Both the position numbers and the translations under genes were made by a program. A model generated the notes under the pieces. The model was not told the origin of the DNA, made no database searches, and saw only the letters and a list, made by a program, of their open reading frames with translations. From Rhodopseudomonas sp. (lineage in GTDB: Bacteria > Pseudomonadota > Alphaproteobacteria > Rhizobiales > Xanthobacteraceae): DNA of 64,000 nt. Shown one piece after another: positions 62,241 through 64,000 of the stretch (its first letter is position 1; each line of letters starts with the position of its first letter). The stretch lies in NCBI RefSeq assembly GCF_036404135.1, contig NZ_DASWPE010000039.1:3219-67218 (forward strand), read 5' to 3'.

Positions 62241-62278
62241 GTTTCGCCAGACGGCGCGGCGGCAGGCCACTCGCGCTC

Positions 62279-62343
62279 GAGCATGATCCCGAAAACTGGA
62301 TCCCGCTTTTCGGACCAGATCATGCCCCATCAAAACCTAGAGC
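62279..62343. repeat. Degenerate rhizobial palindromic mini-element
   Basis: GCATGATCCCGAAAA...TTTTCGGACCAGATCATGC imperfect palindrome ending CTAGAGC. Confidence 0.65.
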
Positions 62344-62385
62344 CTGCTCCGGGTCGAAACCGGATGTGAAATCGGAGGTCGTGTC

Positions 62386-62559
62386 ATGTTGGGTTGGGTT
62401 GTTACGTTTCTCGTCGTCGCGTTGATCGCCGGCATTCTCGGCTTCGGCGGCATTGCCGGGGCCTCCATCGAAATCGCCAAGATCATCTTCTTCATCGCCG
62501 TGGTGCTGTTTCTGGTGTCGGCCGTGGTCGGCCTGGCGCGCGGCCGCACCCGGGTCTAG
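62386..62559 (+). CDS. DUF1328 (UPF0391) small membrane protein
   Basis: MLGWVVTFLVVALIAGILGFGGIAGASIEIAKIIFF; 57 aa, not in the ORF track; RBS GGAGG. Confidence 0.92.
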   Translation: MLGWVVTFLVVALIAGILGFGGIAGASIEIAKIIFFIAVVLFLVSAVVGLARGRTRV

Positions 62560-63075
62560 CTAACCGCGTTTCGAGGGCATCGCCACGCTGCGGCCGATGC
62601 CTTCGGGGCGCGTCACGCCGCGATGCGCCTCCGCCACCGCCGCGATGCGGGCGCGAATATCGGGTGGAAACGGCGCCGTCTTGCGCGTGCTCATGTCGAC
62701 ATGCAGCGTCATGTTTTCCGAGGTGGCGGACAGCCAGCCCTCGGTGGCGTGACGCAGCTCTTCGAATGTATGCAGCCGCTTGTCGTCGGCTTCGACCAGC
62801 AGGATCGTGACCTGCGCCGGGTCGCCGAGATGCAGTTCGCGCAGATAGCGCACATGGCACTCGGCGGTGAATGTCGAGCCGCCGCGGCTGGTCAGGTAGT
62901 CCGCGCCGATCCCCAGATGCCGCCACAGCTCGTCGATCGCGCGGTCGAACAGCACGTTGTAATAAGCCATGTTGAGATGGCCGTTGTAGTCGATCCATGG
63001 CGGCTCGATCGGCATCACCGATGCCACGAACGGAACCGGCAGCAGCGTGAGATCGTCGGCATCCAGCGTGGTCAT
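62560..63075 (-). CDS. Thioesterase (4HBT-like) family protein
   Basis: WIDYNGHLNMAYY motif; RBS AGGAG. Confidence 0.88.
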   Translation of the reverse strand: MTTLDADDLTLLPVPFVASVMPIEPPWIDYNGHLNMAYYNVLFDRAIDELWRHLGIGADYLTSRGGSTFTAECHVRYLRELHLGDPAQVTILLVEADDKRLHTFEELRHATEGWLSATSENMTLHVDMSTRKTAPFPPDIRARIAAVAEAHRGVTRPEGIGRSVAMPSKRG

Positions 63076-63169
63076 CGGCTCTCCTTGTGCGGCGCTGCGG
63101 CGGATTCTTCCCATTGACCCCTCCGACGGCTTTTGACACTTTCGCGACCCTGCCTGAAGGAGTCGTGAC

Positions 63170-64000
63170 GTGGGCCTGACCATCACCAATCAACCGAAGC
63201 GTGCCGAGCCCAAGGCGGTGGCCGCCGCCATTGAAGCGCTGGCCGCGCGGTTCGGCAACCGTTTGGTCACCTCGCAGGCGGTGCGCGAACAGCATGCCCA
63301 CACCACCACCTGGCTGCCGTCGCAGCCGCCGGACGCCGTGGTGATGGCGCAAGACACCGCCGATATCCAGGACGTGGTGCGGATCTGCGCCAAGCACAGC
63401 GTGCCGGTGATCGCGTTCGGCACAGGCACCTCGCTGGAGGGCCAGATCAACGCGCCCGCAGGCGGGGTGTGCATCGACCTGCGCGATATGAACAAGATTC
63501 TGGCGGTGCACGCCGAGGACCTCGACTGCGTGATTCAGCCCGGCGTCACCCGCAAGGCGCTGAACGAGCATCTGCGCGACCAGGGCGTGTTCTTCCCGAT
63601 CGATCCCGGCGCCGACGCCTCGATCGGCGGCATGGCCTCGACAAGGGCGTCGGGCACCAATGCGGTGCGCTACGGCACCATGCGCGACAACGTGCTGGCG
63701 CTGAAAGTGGTGCGCGGCGACGGCGAGATCATCACCACCGGCACGCGGGCGAAGAAATCATCTGCCGGCTACGATCTCACCCATCTGTTCGTCGGCGCCG
63801 AGGGCACGCTCGGCATCATCAGCGAACTGACCATCAAGCTGCGCGGTATTCCCGAGACCATCGCGGCGGCAGCCTGTTCTTTCGCAACGGTGCAGGGCGC
63901 CTGCCAGGCGACGATCCTGGCGATCCAGACCGGCATTCCCGTGGCGCGCATCGAGTTGATGAATGAGGCGCAGGTTCGCGCCAGCAACGCCTATTCGAAG
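63170..64000 (+). CDS. FAD-linked oxidase (D-lactate dehydrogenase/GlcD family), truncated by the window end
   Basis: GTGTSLEG, FPIDPGADASIGGM, SAGYDL and GAEGTLG motifs; GTG start after AAGGAG. Confidence 0.88.
   Translation, partial: MGLTITNQPKRAEPKAVAAAIEALAARFGNRLVTSQAVREQHAHTTTWLPSQPPDAVVMAQDTADIQDVVRICAKHSVPVIAFGTGTSLEGQINAPAGGVCIDLRDMNKILAVHAEDLDCVIQPGVTRKALNEHLRDQGVFFPIDPGADASIGGMASTRASGTNAVRYGTMRDNVLALKVVRGDGEIITTGTRAKKSSAGYDLTHLFVGAEGTLGIISELTIKLRGIPETIAAAACSFATVQGACQATILAIQTGIPVARIELMNEAQVRASNAYSK

Overview
GC-rich alphaproteobacterial chromosome. Gene content and repeat families suggest Bradyrhizobiaceae, Rhodopseudomonas-like (inference). Most of the window is core genes: dac, phasin, clpS-clpA, dinB, divK-pleD, the downstream half of the dcw cluster (ftsW-murG-murC-murB-ddl-ftsQAZ-lpxC-bamD-recN-ligA), pepP, prmA and uvrD/pcrA. 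The most unusual part is an AT-rich islet at about 48.6-50.5 kb. It holds a Kiwa-like (kwaA-kwaB) anti-phage gene pair whose sigma70 promoter overlaps a perfect alphaproteobacterial LexA box, with the kwaB stop overlapping the prmA start. Upstream are a decayed IS1-family-like transposase tail and a helically phased array of about ten degenerate DnaA-box-like 9-mers with an 11-bp period. Other notable items are a palindromic mini-element inserted in frame inside the UvrD helicase, a diverged duplicate of the ligA 3' end between two repeat copies, a synteny break at a repeat that joins pleD to a headless dcw cluster, a lectin-like orphan inside dcw, hicA-hicB-hicB, and two probable single-base frameshifts. 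No rRNA, tRNA or CRISPR array was recognised. All product calls come from motif recognition by eye, not database searches.
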